DNA of 64,000 nt from an uncultured Clostridia bacterium (lineage in GTDB: Bacteria > Bacillota > Clostridia > Christensenellales > CAG-314). Location: assembly GCA_934230325.1 (NCBI GenBank), contig CAKQEP010000001.1:84739-148738 (forward strand), read 5' to 3'. Positions 18,095-26,535 of the stretch are shown one piece after another. Position numbers and translations under genes: made by a program. Under the pieces are notes generated by a model. That model saw only the letters and a program-made list of their open reading frames with translations. It searched no databases and was not told the DNA's origin. Each line of letters opens with the position of its first letter. The first letter of the stretch is position 1.

Positions 18095-19194
18095 AAGTAT
18101 CGCACCGCGTCGAGTATTAACATCAAAGCAAACAAAACAACAAGTCCTACGGTGTGTACAATTGCCTCGACCTTGCGATTTACCGGCTTTTTAAAAATCA
18201 GTTCTATCAAACAAAAAACAACTCTCGAGCCGTCCAAAGCAGGCAAAGGCAAAAGATTGAATACCGCAAGGTTTACGGAAATCAAAACTATCAAAAATAA
18301 CGTGTTGGCTATTCCCGTACTTATTACCTTTGTGGTAATATCGATAGTAGTGAAAGGTCCGCCCATATCTCTGATGTCAACCTTTCCCGTAAATATGCCG
18401 CCCAACGTTTCGAGAATATAAGAACCCGCTCTAAAACAGTACGGAACGCTACGCCCGATAGCCTGACCGAAAGTATATTTGTGCGCGACGTAAGCGTTTT
18501 GTATTCCCAACCCAGTTTTTGTAGCGGTTAACGTCTGATTAAACTCGTCTTTATATTCGTAAGTATATTTGCCTTTATGAACGGTCAAATTAACCTTTTT
18601 AAACTCTCCGTTAGCGTCTTTTCGTAATACTATTACAGGAATAGTATTATCTGCTTTTTCGATATAGGTAGAAATATCTTGTATGAGATACAGTTTGTGA
18701 CCGTTTATGCTATACAAAATATCGCCTTCGCAAAATCCCTCCTGTGTACCGAAAGCCGCATAGTTGGGAGAATCGGCAAATGGTTTTTGCACGCTTAATA
18801 CCGTATCGCTAAAGCACGAAAAAGCAATCATACTTATCAATATTGCGGAAATAAAATTGAACGCTGCGCCGGAAATAAGGACAATAATGCGTTTCCACGC
18901 TTTTTGATTGTTGAATGCGGCGGGATTTAAACTGTTTTCTAAATCTTCTCCTTCAAACGCGCAATAACCGCCCAACGGTATGGCGCGCAAAGAAAAACAT
19001 CCTCCGTCTTTGGTGGTTTTTTTAAACAATTTAGGTCCCATGCCGATAGCAAATTCATTGATTTTAAATTTGAGTATTTTGCCGGCGGTAAAGTGTCCTA
19101 ATTCATGAATCATAATCATAAACATTAGGATAACAAATGCAAGCAATATTCTGCCGAGTACCAACATAGTTTGCGTAAAAGTCGTTAACAACAT
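18091..19194 (-). CDS. rseP: RIP metalloprotease RseP/YluC (site-2 protease)
   Basis: 367 aa with HELGH zinc motif in TM1, a central PDZ-like region and C-terminal NLLPLPALDG. Conserved dxr-rseP order. Confidence 0.88.
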   Translation of the reverse strand: MLLTTFTQTMLVLGRILLAFVILMFMIMIHELGHFTAGKILKFKINEFAIGMGPKLFKKTTKDGGCFSLRAIPLGGYCAFEGEDLENSLNPAAFNNQKAWKRIIVLISGAAFNFISAILISMIAFSCFSDTVLSVQKPFADSPNYAAFGTQEGFCEGDILYSINGHKLYLIQDISTYIEKADNTIPVIVLRKDANGEFKKVNLTVHKGKYTYEYKDEFNQTLTATKTGLGIQNAYVAHKYTFGQAIGRSVPYCFRAGSYILETLGGIFTGKVDIRDMGGPFTTIDITTKVISTGIANTLFLIVLISVNLAVFNLLPLPALDGSRVVFCLIELIFKKPVNRKVEAIVHTVGLVVLFALMLILDAVRYL

Positions 19195-20321
19195 TTTTTG
19201 TCCTCTATCGATTTTTTTGTAAAAAGTTTTACTTCATTAAACAGTTTAACGATATCGTCCTTGTTTGGTTTATCGTCTTTAAGTTTGTTTATATAATAGT
19301 CGCAGGCGTCGTAAATAATGTCATAAATATCCAAAAAGGATATTATGCCGTTTAAAAAGTAGTCTACGGCAACTTCATCGGCGGCGCACACGACGCAAGG
19401 CATATTTTTGCCGACAGCGTAAGCGTCACGGCAAATCTGTATACCTTTGAGAAGGTCAGAATCCGCAGGTAAAAAATCAAGCCTTTTTTCCACTGAAAAA
19501 TCAAACGGCTTAACTGCGTCTAATACTCTTTCCGGATACGAAAGCGCGTAGGAAATCGGCAGTTTCATATCGGTATTTGCTATTTGAGCGATAACTGCGC
19601 CGTCCGTATACTCTACCATAGAATGAACGTAACTCTGCGGGTGTATCACAACTTGTACGTCGTCGGGCGTTTTGTCAAACAATATTGCCGCTTCTATTAC
19701 TTCAAAGCCTTTGTTTATCAAAGTTGCGCTGTCAATAGTGATTTTTTTGCCCATATTCCAACGAGGATGATTGAGCGCTTGTTTAGGCGTAACGTTTTTG
19801 AGTTGATTTTTGGTTTTTCCCCAAAAAGCCCCACCGCTTGCCGTAAGAATGAGTTTTTTGACGTCTTTTCCGTTTGCGCCGCATTGAAAAAGCGCAGAAT
19901 GTTCGCTATCTACGGGAATAATTTTGCCGCCGTATTGTTTTAAAGCGTCGGAAATCAATTCGCCGGCGCATACCAAAACTTCCTTATTTGCGAGCGCAAC
20001 GGTTTTGCCCGATTTAATTGCATAAATAACGGCGTCGAGAGCGATTATTCCGCGAGTTGCCACCACGACGGTATCGCAAAGGTCCACCGCTTGTTTAAGA
20101 ACGGATTCACCGTAACAAAAACCGTCATTTTCTGCAATAGTATCGTCAACAAGTCCCGCAAACGGCGTATTAAACTCATCTTTTTGACCTTTAAGCGTCG
20201 TTTTGTTTGCGTACGCTACCACTGCGGATAATTCAAATTTATCTTGATTTTGCCTTATTATGTCGAGTGTTTGCGTACCGACGCTACCCGTACTGCCTAA
20301 AACGGCGATTTTTTTTGTCAT
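19185..20321 (-). CDS. dxr: 1-deoxy-D-xylulose-5-phosphate reductoisomerase
   Basis: 378 aa with NADPH-binding GSTGSVGTQTLD and LANKE, DSEHSA motifs. Confidence 0.95.
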   Translation of the reverse strand: MTKKIAVLGSTGSVGTQTLDIIRQNQDKFELSAVVAYANKTTLKGQKDEFNTPFAGLVDDTIAENDGFCYGESVLKQAVDLCDTVVVATRGIIALDAVIYAIKSGKTVALANKEVLVCAGELISDALKQYGGKIIPVDSEHSALFQCGANGKDVKKLILTASGGAFWGKTKNQLKNVTPKQALNHPRWNMGKKITIDSATLINKGFEVIEAAILFDKTPDDVQVVIHPQSYVHSMVEYTDGAVIAQIANTDMKLPISYALSYPERVLDAVKPFDFSVEKRLDFLPADSDLLKGIQICRDAYAVGKNMPCVVCAADEVAVDYFLNGIISFLDIYDIIYDACDYYINKLKDDKPNKDDIVKLFNEVKLFTKKSIEDKKCC

Positions 20322-20335
20322 TGCCGCCCTCCCGC

Positions 20336-21235
20336 TTAAAGAATAAAGGCAAGGACCAACGCAACGAATACGGAGTTGAACATTACTCCGTCAAATCTAT
20401 CCATTACGCCGCCGTGACTGCCCAAAAGCGACGAGTAATCCTTTATTTCGCAATAACGTTTAACTACGCTCGCGATAAGGTCGCCCGCTTGCGTAAATAT
20501 ACTACCGAACAACCCCATAAGTATGTATACTATTACCTTTAGCCAACTTACTATAGCTAAACCGCCGCCAAACAGCGCAAAAGGCGTTTCAAACAACAGA
20601 TACACGATAAAGGCGCCGACGAGTCCGCCGAACAAACCGCCTACCGCACCGCTTACCGTCTTTTTTGGGCTGATATGCGACACCAACTTTCTTTTGCCAA
20701 ACATCACGCCAAAAAAGTACGCAAACATATCGGTAAAACACGATATCAAAAACGCAAGGCAAAGGCAAACGGTGTTGTATGGCGTCAACTCGCCCGTCGT
20801 AGTGTCACGCGCTTTGTTGATATAAAACAATGCGGACATTATCAACGCCGGATAAACGAGCAAAAAGGCAAAATTGAAAATACTTGACGCAATATCTTCC
20901 TTTATGGAAAAAATTATTATTATGCAACCGACGATAAAAACGGCAAGCGTAAAAAACACGACGCCGGTAAAGCCGAACGCAAAATAAAATATTCCGTAAG
21001 ACATTGCGAATATCCAAATCAAAATGCCTATTTTGGTTGAAATTCTATCTCCCAAAGCATAACGCACTTCCATTATGCTTATCGCAACGACTACGCACAA
21101 AAAATAAGAAGTAACCGCGCGGTCAAAATAATATCCCAACAATATCGCCGCAGCATAAACCAACCCTATCGCAAAACCGATAAGAGTGCGGTTTGCCATT
21201 TTTGCGGCTTTGCCTTTTTCAAAAAACTCTACCAA
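20336..21235 (-). CDS. cdsA: Phosphatidate cytidylyltransferase
   Basis: Polytopic membrane protein with the CDS signature SVVKRYCEIKDYSSLLGSHGGVMDRFD. TTG start at 21235 has GGGTGAG about 6 nt upstream. ATG 21199 is an alternative start. Confidence 0.88.
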   Translation of the reverse strand: MVEFFEKGKAAKMANRTLIGFAIGLVYAAAILLGYYFDRAVTSYFLCVVVAISIMEVRYALGDRISTKIGILIWIFAMSYGIFYFAFGFTGVVFFTLAVFIVGCIIIIFSIKEDIASSIFNFAFLLVYPALIMSALFYINKARDTTTGELTPYNTVCLCLAFLISCFTDMFAYFFGVMFGKRKLVSHISPKKTVSGAVGGLFGGLVGAFIVYLLFETPFALFGGGLAIVSWLKVIVYILMGLFGSIFTQAGDLIASVVKRYCEIKDYSSLLGSHGGVMDRFDGVMFNSVFVALVLAFIL

Positions 21236-21899
21236 ATTTTCTCACCCTCTGTTTGAATGCGTCGTAAGTAGCCGACAACTCTTCGACCGTCAAATCGGGC
21301 CAAAGCGTGTCCGAAAAAAATAATTCTGAATATGCGGACTGATACAACATAAAATTGCTCAACCGCATCTGACCGCCCGTCCTGAATATTACGTCGGGAT
21401 CGGGCAAATCGTTGTACATAGCGTTAGCCATGCTTTTTTGCGAAAAATCTCCCGTTTCCGCAATTTTTTTTGCTGCGTTTAAAATTTCTGCCCTACCGCC
21501 GTAATTTAGACACAAATTAAGCAATAGTTTTTTGCCGTTTTTCGTGTCGCGTTTGCATTTGTCCATCGTCGCTAAAAAATCGGCGGACAGTCCCGTTTTT
21601 TCCCCGCTGAATACGACCTTAACGCCTCTTTTGACAAATTCTTCCGTATCGGACAAATATTGTTTGGCTATTTTAAAAAGACCGTTGACTTCCGTCAAAG
21701 AACGTCGCCAGTTTTCAGTGGAAAATACGTAAAGACTGACTGTGCCGATGTCGGGTTTGGACAAGCAAAAATCGAGTACTGATTCTGCCTTTTTTACTCC
21801 GGCGCGATGGCCGTCAAGACGCGGCAATCCGCGCATTTTTGCCCATCTGCCGTTGCCGTCCATAATAAACGCCCAATGCAAATTTTTTTTCATATACAA
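21219..21899 (-). CDS. uppS: Isoprenyl transferase (undecaprenyl-diphosphate synthase)
   Basis: AFIMDGNGRWA and FSTENWRR motifs. The start is either TTG 21899 or ATG 21893, both plausible. Confidence 0.95.
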   Translation of the reverse strand: MYMKKNLHWAFIMDGNGRWAKMRGLPRLDGHRAGVKKAESVLDFCLSKPDIGTVSLYVFSTENWRRSLTEVNGLFKIAKQYLSDTEEFVKRGVKVVFSGEKTGLSADFLATMDKCKRDTKNGKKLLLNLCLNYGGRAEILNAAKKIAETGDFSQKSMANAMYNDLPDPDVIFRTGGQMRLSNFMLYQSAYSELFFSDTLWPDLTVEELSATYDAFKQRVRKFGRVF

Positions 21900-22091
21900 C
21901 TAAACCTCTATCAAAAAACTGCCGACAACCATAGTGATTTTGTCGGCATTATGTCTGACGGCAATCACAACTGCGCAATCACCCGACGTTTTTTTGTCTT
22001 TTGTGTAAAGGATATCGTATTTTATGCCTGAATTTTTGCAAATATCTTCGGCTTGCGCCAAAGGCAAACCTACAAGCATATCCAAAGCCAT
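21900..22091 (-). CDS. Small hypothetical protein (63 aa) wedged between frr and uppS
   Basis: TAATG overlap with the frr stop, and its own stop abuts the uppS start. The sequence MALDMLVGLPLAQAEDICKNSGIKYDILYTKD... loosely recalls a PASTA-like helix-plus-strands pattern. No strong SD nearby (GGAGG lies 13 nt upstream). Confidence 0.4.
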   Translation of the reverse strand: MALDMLVGLPLAQAEDICKNSGIKYDILYTKDKKTSGDCAVVIAVRHNADKITMVVGSFLIEV

Positions 22092-22666
22092 TATACGGAC
22101 ATAACCTCCGTTTCTTTCGCTTTTGCGGCAACGTCTATATCTTCTATCGCTTTGGCTACAATTTTGTCTACTTCCTTTTCAAAGTCGGCTACGCTGTCTT
22201 CGGAAACAAGTTTGTCCGATTTAACCTTTTTTAAAGCGTCCATTGCGTCCCTACGAGAGTTTCTAACCGCAACTTTTGCTTCTTCGGCTGATTTTTTGAC
22301 GGTTTTGACCGTTTCTTTACGCCTTTCTTCCGTCAACTCGGGAAAAACAAGCCTGATTATTGTGCCGTCGTTGGCGGGCGTGACGCCGATATTTGCCGCC
22401 AAAATAGCCTTTTCTATCTTGCCGAGCATGCTTTTGTCCCACGGCGCAATCGTTATCATACGCGCTTCCGGCACGCTGATGTTGGACGTTTGAGAAACAG
22501 GCGTATTAGTGCCGTAAAAATCAACAAATACTTTGTCGAGAAGTTTGGGATTTGCTCTGCCTACTTTCAACAACGAAAAGTCGTTTTTCATGAAAGTGAT
22601 GGTTTTTTCTATCTTTTCTTCTAAAAATAAAAAGATTTCTTCTACTTGAGGTATTTGATAATCCAT
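22091..22666 (-). CDS. frr: Ribosome recycling factor
   Basis: 191 aa with typical RRF sequence (LLDKVFVDFYGTNTPVSQTSNISVPEARMITIAPWDKS...). Confidence 0.95.
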   Translation of the reverse strand: MDYQIPQVEEIFLFLEEKIEKTITFMKNDFSLLKVGRANPKLLDKVFVDFYGTNTPVSQTSNISVPEARMITIAPWDKSMLGKIEKAILAANIGVTPANDGTIIRLVFPELTEERRKETVKTVKKSAEEAKVAVRNSRRDAMDALKKVKSDKLVSEDSVADFEKEVDKIVAKAIEDIDVAAKAKETEVMSV

Positions 22667-22680
22667 AATAAATTCTCCTT

Positions 22681-23382
22681 TTAGTTTATTATAGTGCCTA
22701 TATTTTTGCCGTTTACCGCGTCAACGATAGCGTTTGGTTTGCGCCCGTCAAACACAAGTATAGGAATTTTGTTTTCCCTACACATAGATATAGCGGTGAT
22801 GTCCATTGCTTTAAGATCGCGATTTATGACTTCCATATAGGATAAACTATCGATTTTTTTGGCTTTAGAGTCTTTTTTGGGATCTGCGTCGTACACTCCG
22901 TCGATATTTTTTGCGCACAGCAACACTTCCGCATTTATTTCAGCCGCTCGCAAAGCCGCCGCCGTATCGGTAGAAAAATAAGGATTGCCCGTGCCGCAAG
23001 CAAAAATAACTACTCTGCCTGCGTCGAGATGGGACAACGCTTTACGCAAAATATACGGCTCGGCAACGCGCGTAATAGTCAAAGAAGTCTGCACGCGCGT
23101 GGGTACGTCTTTCTGCTCCAAAGCGTCTTGCAAAGCAAGAGCGTTTATCACGGTAGCAAGCATTCCCATGTGGTCTGCCGTTGACCTTTCCATATTTGTG
23201 CCTTGTCTGCCACGCCAAAAATTGCCGCCGCCTATAACAAGTCCGATTTGCACGCCCTGACTCCACAATTGTTTTATTTGTGTAACGAGCAAATCAATAT
23301 TTTTTTCGGACAGTCCAAAACTACTTTCGTCGGCAAGCGCTTCTCCGCTGATTTTTATAAGTATTCTTTTATACTTTTGCAT
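22681..23382 (-). CDS. pyrH: UMP kinase
   Basis: 233 aa with RILIKISGEAL and GGGNFWRG motifs. Confidence 0.95.
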   Translation of the reverse strand: MQKYKRILIKISGEALADESSFGLSEKNIDLLVTQIKQLWSQGVQIGLVIGGGNFWRGRQGTNMERSTADHMGMLATVINALALQDALEQKDVPTRVQTSLTITRVAEPYILRKALSHLDAGRVVIFACGTGNPYFSTDTAAALRAAEINAEVLLCAKNIDGVYDADPKKDSKAKKIDSLSYMEVINRDLKAMDITAISMCRENKIPILVFDGRKPNAIVDAVNGKNIGTIIN

Positions 23383-23453
23383 TGACTCACCTTTATAAAA
23401 AACGGGAACAATCCCCCGCCAAAAAGCGCAGACTGCCCCCGTCTATTTTTTTG

Positions 23454-24122
23454 TTATTTGCTGATTTGCTCCATTTGAGAAGCGATTTCGTCCACAAAGT
23501 TGTCTTTGCGTTTTTCCAAACCTTCGCCCATCTCAAATCTTACAAAACGACGCACAGTGATTTTTTCACCGATTGCGGCAACGGCTTGCGTGATAAGTTG
23601 AGCAACGGTAATAGAAGGATCTTTGACGTAATCTTGCTCCAACAAGCAAACGTCCTTGTAATACTTGTTAAGTCTGCCTTCTACCATCTTTTCGATGACG
23701 TTGGCAGGCTTAGAACTGTTTTCGTTTTTAGCCTGAGCGATAAGAATTTCTCTCTCGGAGGCGATTTTTGCGGGGTCTACGTCCTCTTTGGAAACAACTT
23801 CCGGCTTAGCGGCTGCAATTTGCATCGTCAAGTCGTGCACAAGCGCCTTAAATTGATCGCTACGAGCAACAAAGTCGGTTTCGCAGTTTACTTCGATAAG
23901 AACGCCTATTTTGCCGCCCATGTGGATATAACTGTCTACTACGCCTTCCGCTGCGATACGGTCGGATTTTTTGGCTGCGGACGCCATACCCTTTTCTCTA
24001 AGGTATTTGACCGCTTCTTCAAAGTTGCCGTCAACGGCTACGAGAGCCTTTTTGCAATCCATCATGCCTACGCCGGTTTTTTCGCGCAGTTTCATTACGT
24101 CAGCATTACTAAAATTTGCCAT
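23454..24122 (-). CDS. tsf: Elongation factor Ts (short form)
   Basis: 222 aa with the N-terminal UBA-like VMKLREKTGVGMMDCKKAL. Confidence 0.95.
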   Translation of the reverse strand: MANFSNADVMKLREKTGVGMMDCKKALVAVDGNFEEAVKYLREKGMASAAKKSDRIAAEGVVDSYIHMGGKIGVLIEVNCETDFVARSDQFKALVHDLTMQIAAAKPEVVSKEDVDPAKIASEREILIAQAKNENSSKPANVIEKMVEGRLNKYYKDVCLLEQDYVKDPSITVAQLITQAVAAIGEKITVRRFVRFEMGEGLEKRKDNFVDEIASQMEQISK

Positions 24123-24139
24123 AATATATCTCCTTTTTG

Positions 24140-25060
24140 TTACTCGGCAGGTTTGACTTCTTCTGCTTTTTCCGCTTGCTCTACCTGTTGCGCCTGCTCG
24201 GCTTTAATGCCGGCATCTTCTTTTTTGATTTCTTCTATTTTTCTGTCTTCGAGATTTTCAAAGAATTTTTTGCGTTTGCTTTTAAAGTCGGGCTTTGCTT
24301 TTTCTTCCGCTGCGGCGGCTTCTGCCTCGAGGTTTGCGGCTTCTGCAAGCACTTCTTCCGTATTGATGCTCAAAACAACGCCTTCTTTTGCTTCGATAAC
24401 GGCGTTTGCAATGATTGCCGCCATGATTTTGACAGAACCGATAGCGTCATCATTACCGGGAATAACATAGTCGATTTCGTCAGGATCACAGTTTGTGTCG
24501 ACGGTAGCAACGATGGGAATACCCATTTTGCGCGCTTCCGCAACGGCTATAGCCTCTTTTTTGGGATCAACGACAAACATAACGCCGGGCATACCGCGCA
24601 TATCTTTGATGCCGCCGAGATTAAGTTCCAACTTATCTCTCTCTGCCTTTAAGCCTGCAACTTCCTTTTTGGGAAGAAGGTCAAACTCACCCATTTTTTC
24701 CATTTGATTGATTTTGTTGAGTCTTTCGATACGACTGCGAATCGTTTTAAAGTTGGTGAGAGTACCGCCCAACCAACGATTGTTGACGTAAAACATTCCG
24801 CAACGCTCCGCTTCCTGCTTGATGGCGGCTTGAGCCTGCTTTTTTGTGCCGACAAACAAAACGGATTTGCCGTCCGCTACCACTCCGCGCACAAAATTGT
24901 ACGCTTCCTCTGCGAGTACAACCGTTTGCTGCAAATCGATGATATGAATATCGTTGCGAGCGGAATAGATGTACTTTTTCATTTTGGGATTCCATCTTCT
25001 CGTTTGGTGACCAAAGTGAACGCCTGCTTCGAGAAGTTGTTTCATAGAAACCACTGCCAT
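24140..25060 (-). CDS. rpsB: 30S ribosomal protein S2 with an E/A/K-rich C-terminal extension
   Basis: [19 protein letters not shown] signature, with AGGAG RBS 8-9 nt upstream of ATG 25060. About 65 extra C-terminal residues are low complexity. Confidence 0.95.
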   Translation of the reverse strand: MAVVSMKQLLEAGVHFGHQTRRWNPKMKKYIYSARNDIHIIDLQQTVVLAEEAYNFVRGVVADGKSVLFVGTKKQAQAAIKQEAERCGMFYVNNRWLGGTLTNFKTIRSRIERLNKINQMEKMGEFDLLPKKEVAGLKAERDKLELNLGGIKDMRGMPGVMFVVDPKKEAIAVAEARKMGIPIVATVDTNCDPDEIDYVIPGNDDAIGSVKIMAAIIANAVIEAKEGVVLSINTEEVLAEAANLEAEAAAAEEKAKPDFKSKRKKFFENLEDRKIEEIKKEDAGIKAEQAQQVEQAEKAEEVKPAE

Positions 25061-25186
25061 AATAGATACACTCCTTTAAAATAAAATTGTTTTTATTCCT
25101 CCTTGCGTCGTCTTTGCTTTGGCTTTTTCCGCTTTTAAACGGCACAACCGCCAAATAGAGCGCAAGTGCGTAATAAACCGTTTGTG

Positions 25187-25215
25187 ATTATACCATATAT
25201 AAAAATCTTTTGCAA
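25187..25215 (-). promoter_or_regulatory. Sigma-A-type promoter of rpsB-tsf
   Basis: Minus strand reads TTGCAA (25215-25210), a 17-nt spacer, then TATAAT (25192-25187), with TGg upstream of the -10 element. This leaves a leader of ~125 nt. Confidence 0.55.
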
Positions 25216-25279
25216 TTGTTTAAAAGGGTATTTCGGTATTTTTTTAATAAAAAAACGTAATAAACCTTTTCGATTAAGC

Positions 25280-25317
25280 AAAAGTCGGGGAGCAATCTCG
25301 TTGTCCCCGACTTTTTT
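25280..25317 (-). terminator. Rho-independent terminator after the DUF1292 gene
   Basis: Inverted repeat AAAAGTCGGGGA-(12 nt)-TCCCCGACTTTT, beginning 8 nt after the stop codon at 25325. Confidence 0.6.
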
Positions 25318-25324
25318 GGCTTGT

Positions 25325-25792
25325 TTAGTGTTTGCAATCCTCGCAACCGCATTCGCATTTAGGTTGCTGCTCGGGGCATTGTTCGCAATCGCACTCCCCT
25401 TCTTCCTTGCAACACGTGTCGCACTCGTCGGTCTTGTCGCAACCGCAATGCCCGTCGCAACTATATACGTCGCAACAATCGCATTCGTCACATTCTTCTT
25501 GAAAACGACGGCAATATTCGTCGTAAACTTCATTCAACAAGTCTTCGTTTTCCAAAGGATTAAGACTGGCGTCGCCGTCCTCTTGGGAAACTAATTCATA
25601 AATGAGCAACTCGTCTTGCGCAATACCGTCCATTTCCTCCGTAGGACTGATACAAAGGTATCTTTTCCCTTTAAACTCAAAGTTATCCTCATATTTAAAG
25701 GTACGTTCCGTACCGTCATCCATCGTAAGAACGATAAATTCATCGGGGGCGCATTGTTCTTGCATGTTTTCAGTTTCTTTTTGATTACTCAT
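25325..25792 (-). CDS. DUF1292 (UPF0473/YrzB-like) protein with a cysteine-rich acidic C-terminal tail
   Basis: The N-terminal ~95 aa (FIVLTMDDGTERTFKYEDNFEFKGKRYLCISP...LLIYELV) fit DUF1292, the usual ruvX neighbour. I prefer ATG 25792 (GGAGG 8 nt upstream). The last 62 residues contain 18 Cys. Confidence 0.75.
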   Translation of the reverse strand: MSNQKETENMQEQCAPDEFIVLTMDDGTERTFKYEDNFEFKGKRYLCISPTEEMDGIAQDELLIYELVSQEDGDASLNPLENEDLLNEVYDEYCRRFQEECDECDCCDVYSCDGHCGCDKTDECDTCCKEEGECDCEQCPEQQPKCECGCEDCKH

Positions 25793-25841
25793 TGCGTAAA
25801 CCTCCAAAAAAATATTAAGCCAAATCGGCTTGAGTTGTCTG

Positions 25842-26258
25842 TTATCTGACGTGATAATCGAGATAGTTTTGCAAAATAATTGTTGCCGCTACCTTGTCTA
25901 TGACCTGCTTTCTGTTTTCGCGGCGCATACCGCCTTCGATAAGCACTTTTTCCGCAGAAACGGTGGTAAACCTTTCGTCGGCAAACTTTATCGGTACGTC
26001 GGTATATTGTTTTAAAACTTCGATAAATTCACGCGTTTTTTTAGTCTGCTCGTTTTCTCCCGAACTAAGACTCATAGGCAAACCGCTGACGATAAGTTCT
26101 ACGTCCGATTTAGATACGATATCAACTATATGCGCTATATCGCTTTTTAAGTCGGAACGAAACAGCGTTTCGTAAGGATTTGCAATCATTTTAAGCGGGT
26201 CGGACAGCGCAATACCTATACGTCTGTCGCCAACGTCCAAAGCAAGTATTCTTCCCAT
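25842..26258 (-). CDS. ruvX: Holliday junction resolvase-like nuclease RuvX/YqgF
   Basis: 138 aa with MGRILALDVGDRRIGIALSD at the N-terminus and DERFTT in the C-terminal half. Confidence 0.9.
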   Translation of the reverse strand: MGRILALDVGDRRIGIALSDPLKMIANPYETLFRSDLKSDIAHIVDIVSKSDVELIVSGLPMSLSSGENEQTKKTREFIEVLKQYTDVPIKFADERFTTVSAEKVLIEGGMRRENRKQVIDKVAATIILQNYLDYHVR

Positions 26259-26264
26259 AAAATT

Positions 26265-26292
26265 ATAATACCATAACTACGCAAAAAAACAA
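26265..26292 (-). promoter_or_regulatory. Possible promoter giving a leaderless ruvX mRNA
   Basis: Minus strand reads TTGTTT (26292-26287), a 16-nt spacer, then TGgTATTAT (-10 at 26270-26265), then 6 nt (aatttt) and ATG at 26258. No SD is present. Confidence 0.3.
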
Positions 26293-26302
26293 ATCGATTT
26301 TA

Positions 26303-26336
26303 CAAAAAAAAGAGAAAGAAAATTTCTTTCTCTCCT
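26303..26336 (-). terminator. Rho-independent terminator ending the Rrf2-NifS/NifU/small-ORF unit
   Basis: Minus strand reads AGAGAAAGAA-att-TTCTTTCTCT followed by TTTTTTT, 8 nt after the small-ORF stop. Confidence 0.65.
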
Positions 26337-26343
26337 TTTTAGG

Positions 26344-26475
26344 TCAGTTTGTTTGCTTTTTAAGCATGTTTTTGCCCTTCTCCAAGAGTTGTTTGGCTTT
26401 AGGACAACACTCCACAAGCATTATCCCGCCGACTACGCCGAGAGAAGCGGCAATTACAAATTGCGCTATCTTCAT
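26344..26475 (-). CDS. Small membrane protein, 43 aa (below the ORF-track cutoff)
   Basis: Manual translation gives MKIAQFVIAASLGVVGGIMLVECCPKAKQLLEKGKNMLKKQTN. GGGAGG lies 6 nt upstream of ATG 26475, and a terminator follows immediately. It has one TM helix and a basic tail, resembling the N-terminal part of YtxH-type proteins. Confidence 0.45.
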   Translation of the reverse strand: MKIAQFVIAASLGVVGGIMLVECCPKAKQLLEKGKNMLKKQTN

Positions 26476-26535
26476 AAACTACCTCCCTTTGGTAGTATGA
26501 GTAGTTTAATTCGGTTTTAAGCATAAAAGAGAAAA

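Noticed and set aside
23383-23453. Possible terminator or attenuator between tsf and pyrH (G-rich segments GACGGGGGCAG...GGCGGGGGATTGTTCCCGTTTTTT).
   Set aside because: Only a ~4-bp stem (GGGA/TCCC) precedes the T run, and the G-rich segments are direct rather than inverted. That is too weak to call by eye.
25135-25594. ORFs 25135-25533 (minus strand) and 25166-25594 (plus strand), overlapping the rpsB leader, the terminator and the Cys-rich tail of the DUF1292 gene.
   Set aside because: They span a promoter and a terminator, have low-complexity composition (A/T/V/I repeats) produced by the repetitive GAx/TGx codons of the real frame, and lack an RBS. The DUF1292 frame has the SD, the conserved domain and the terminator.
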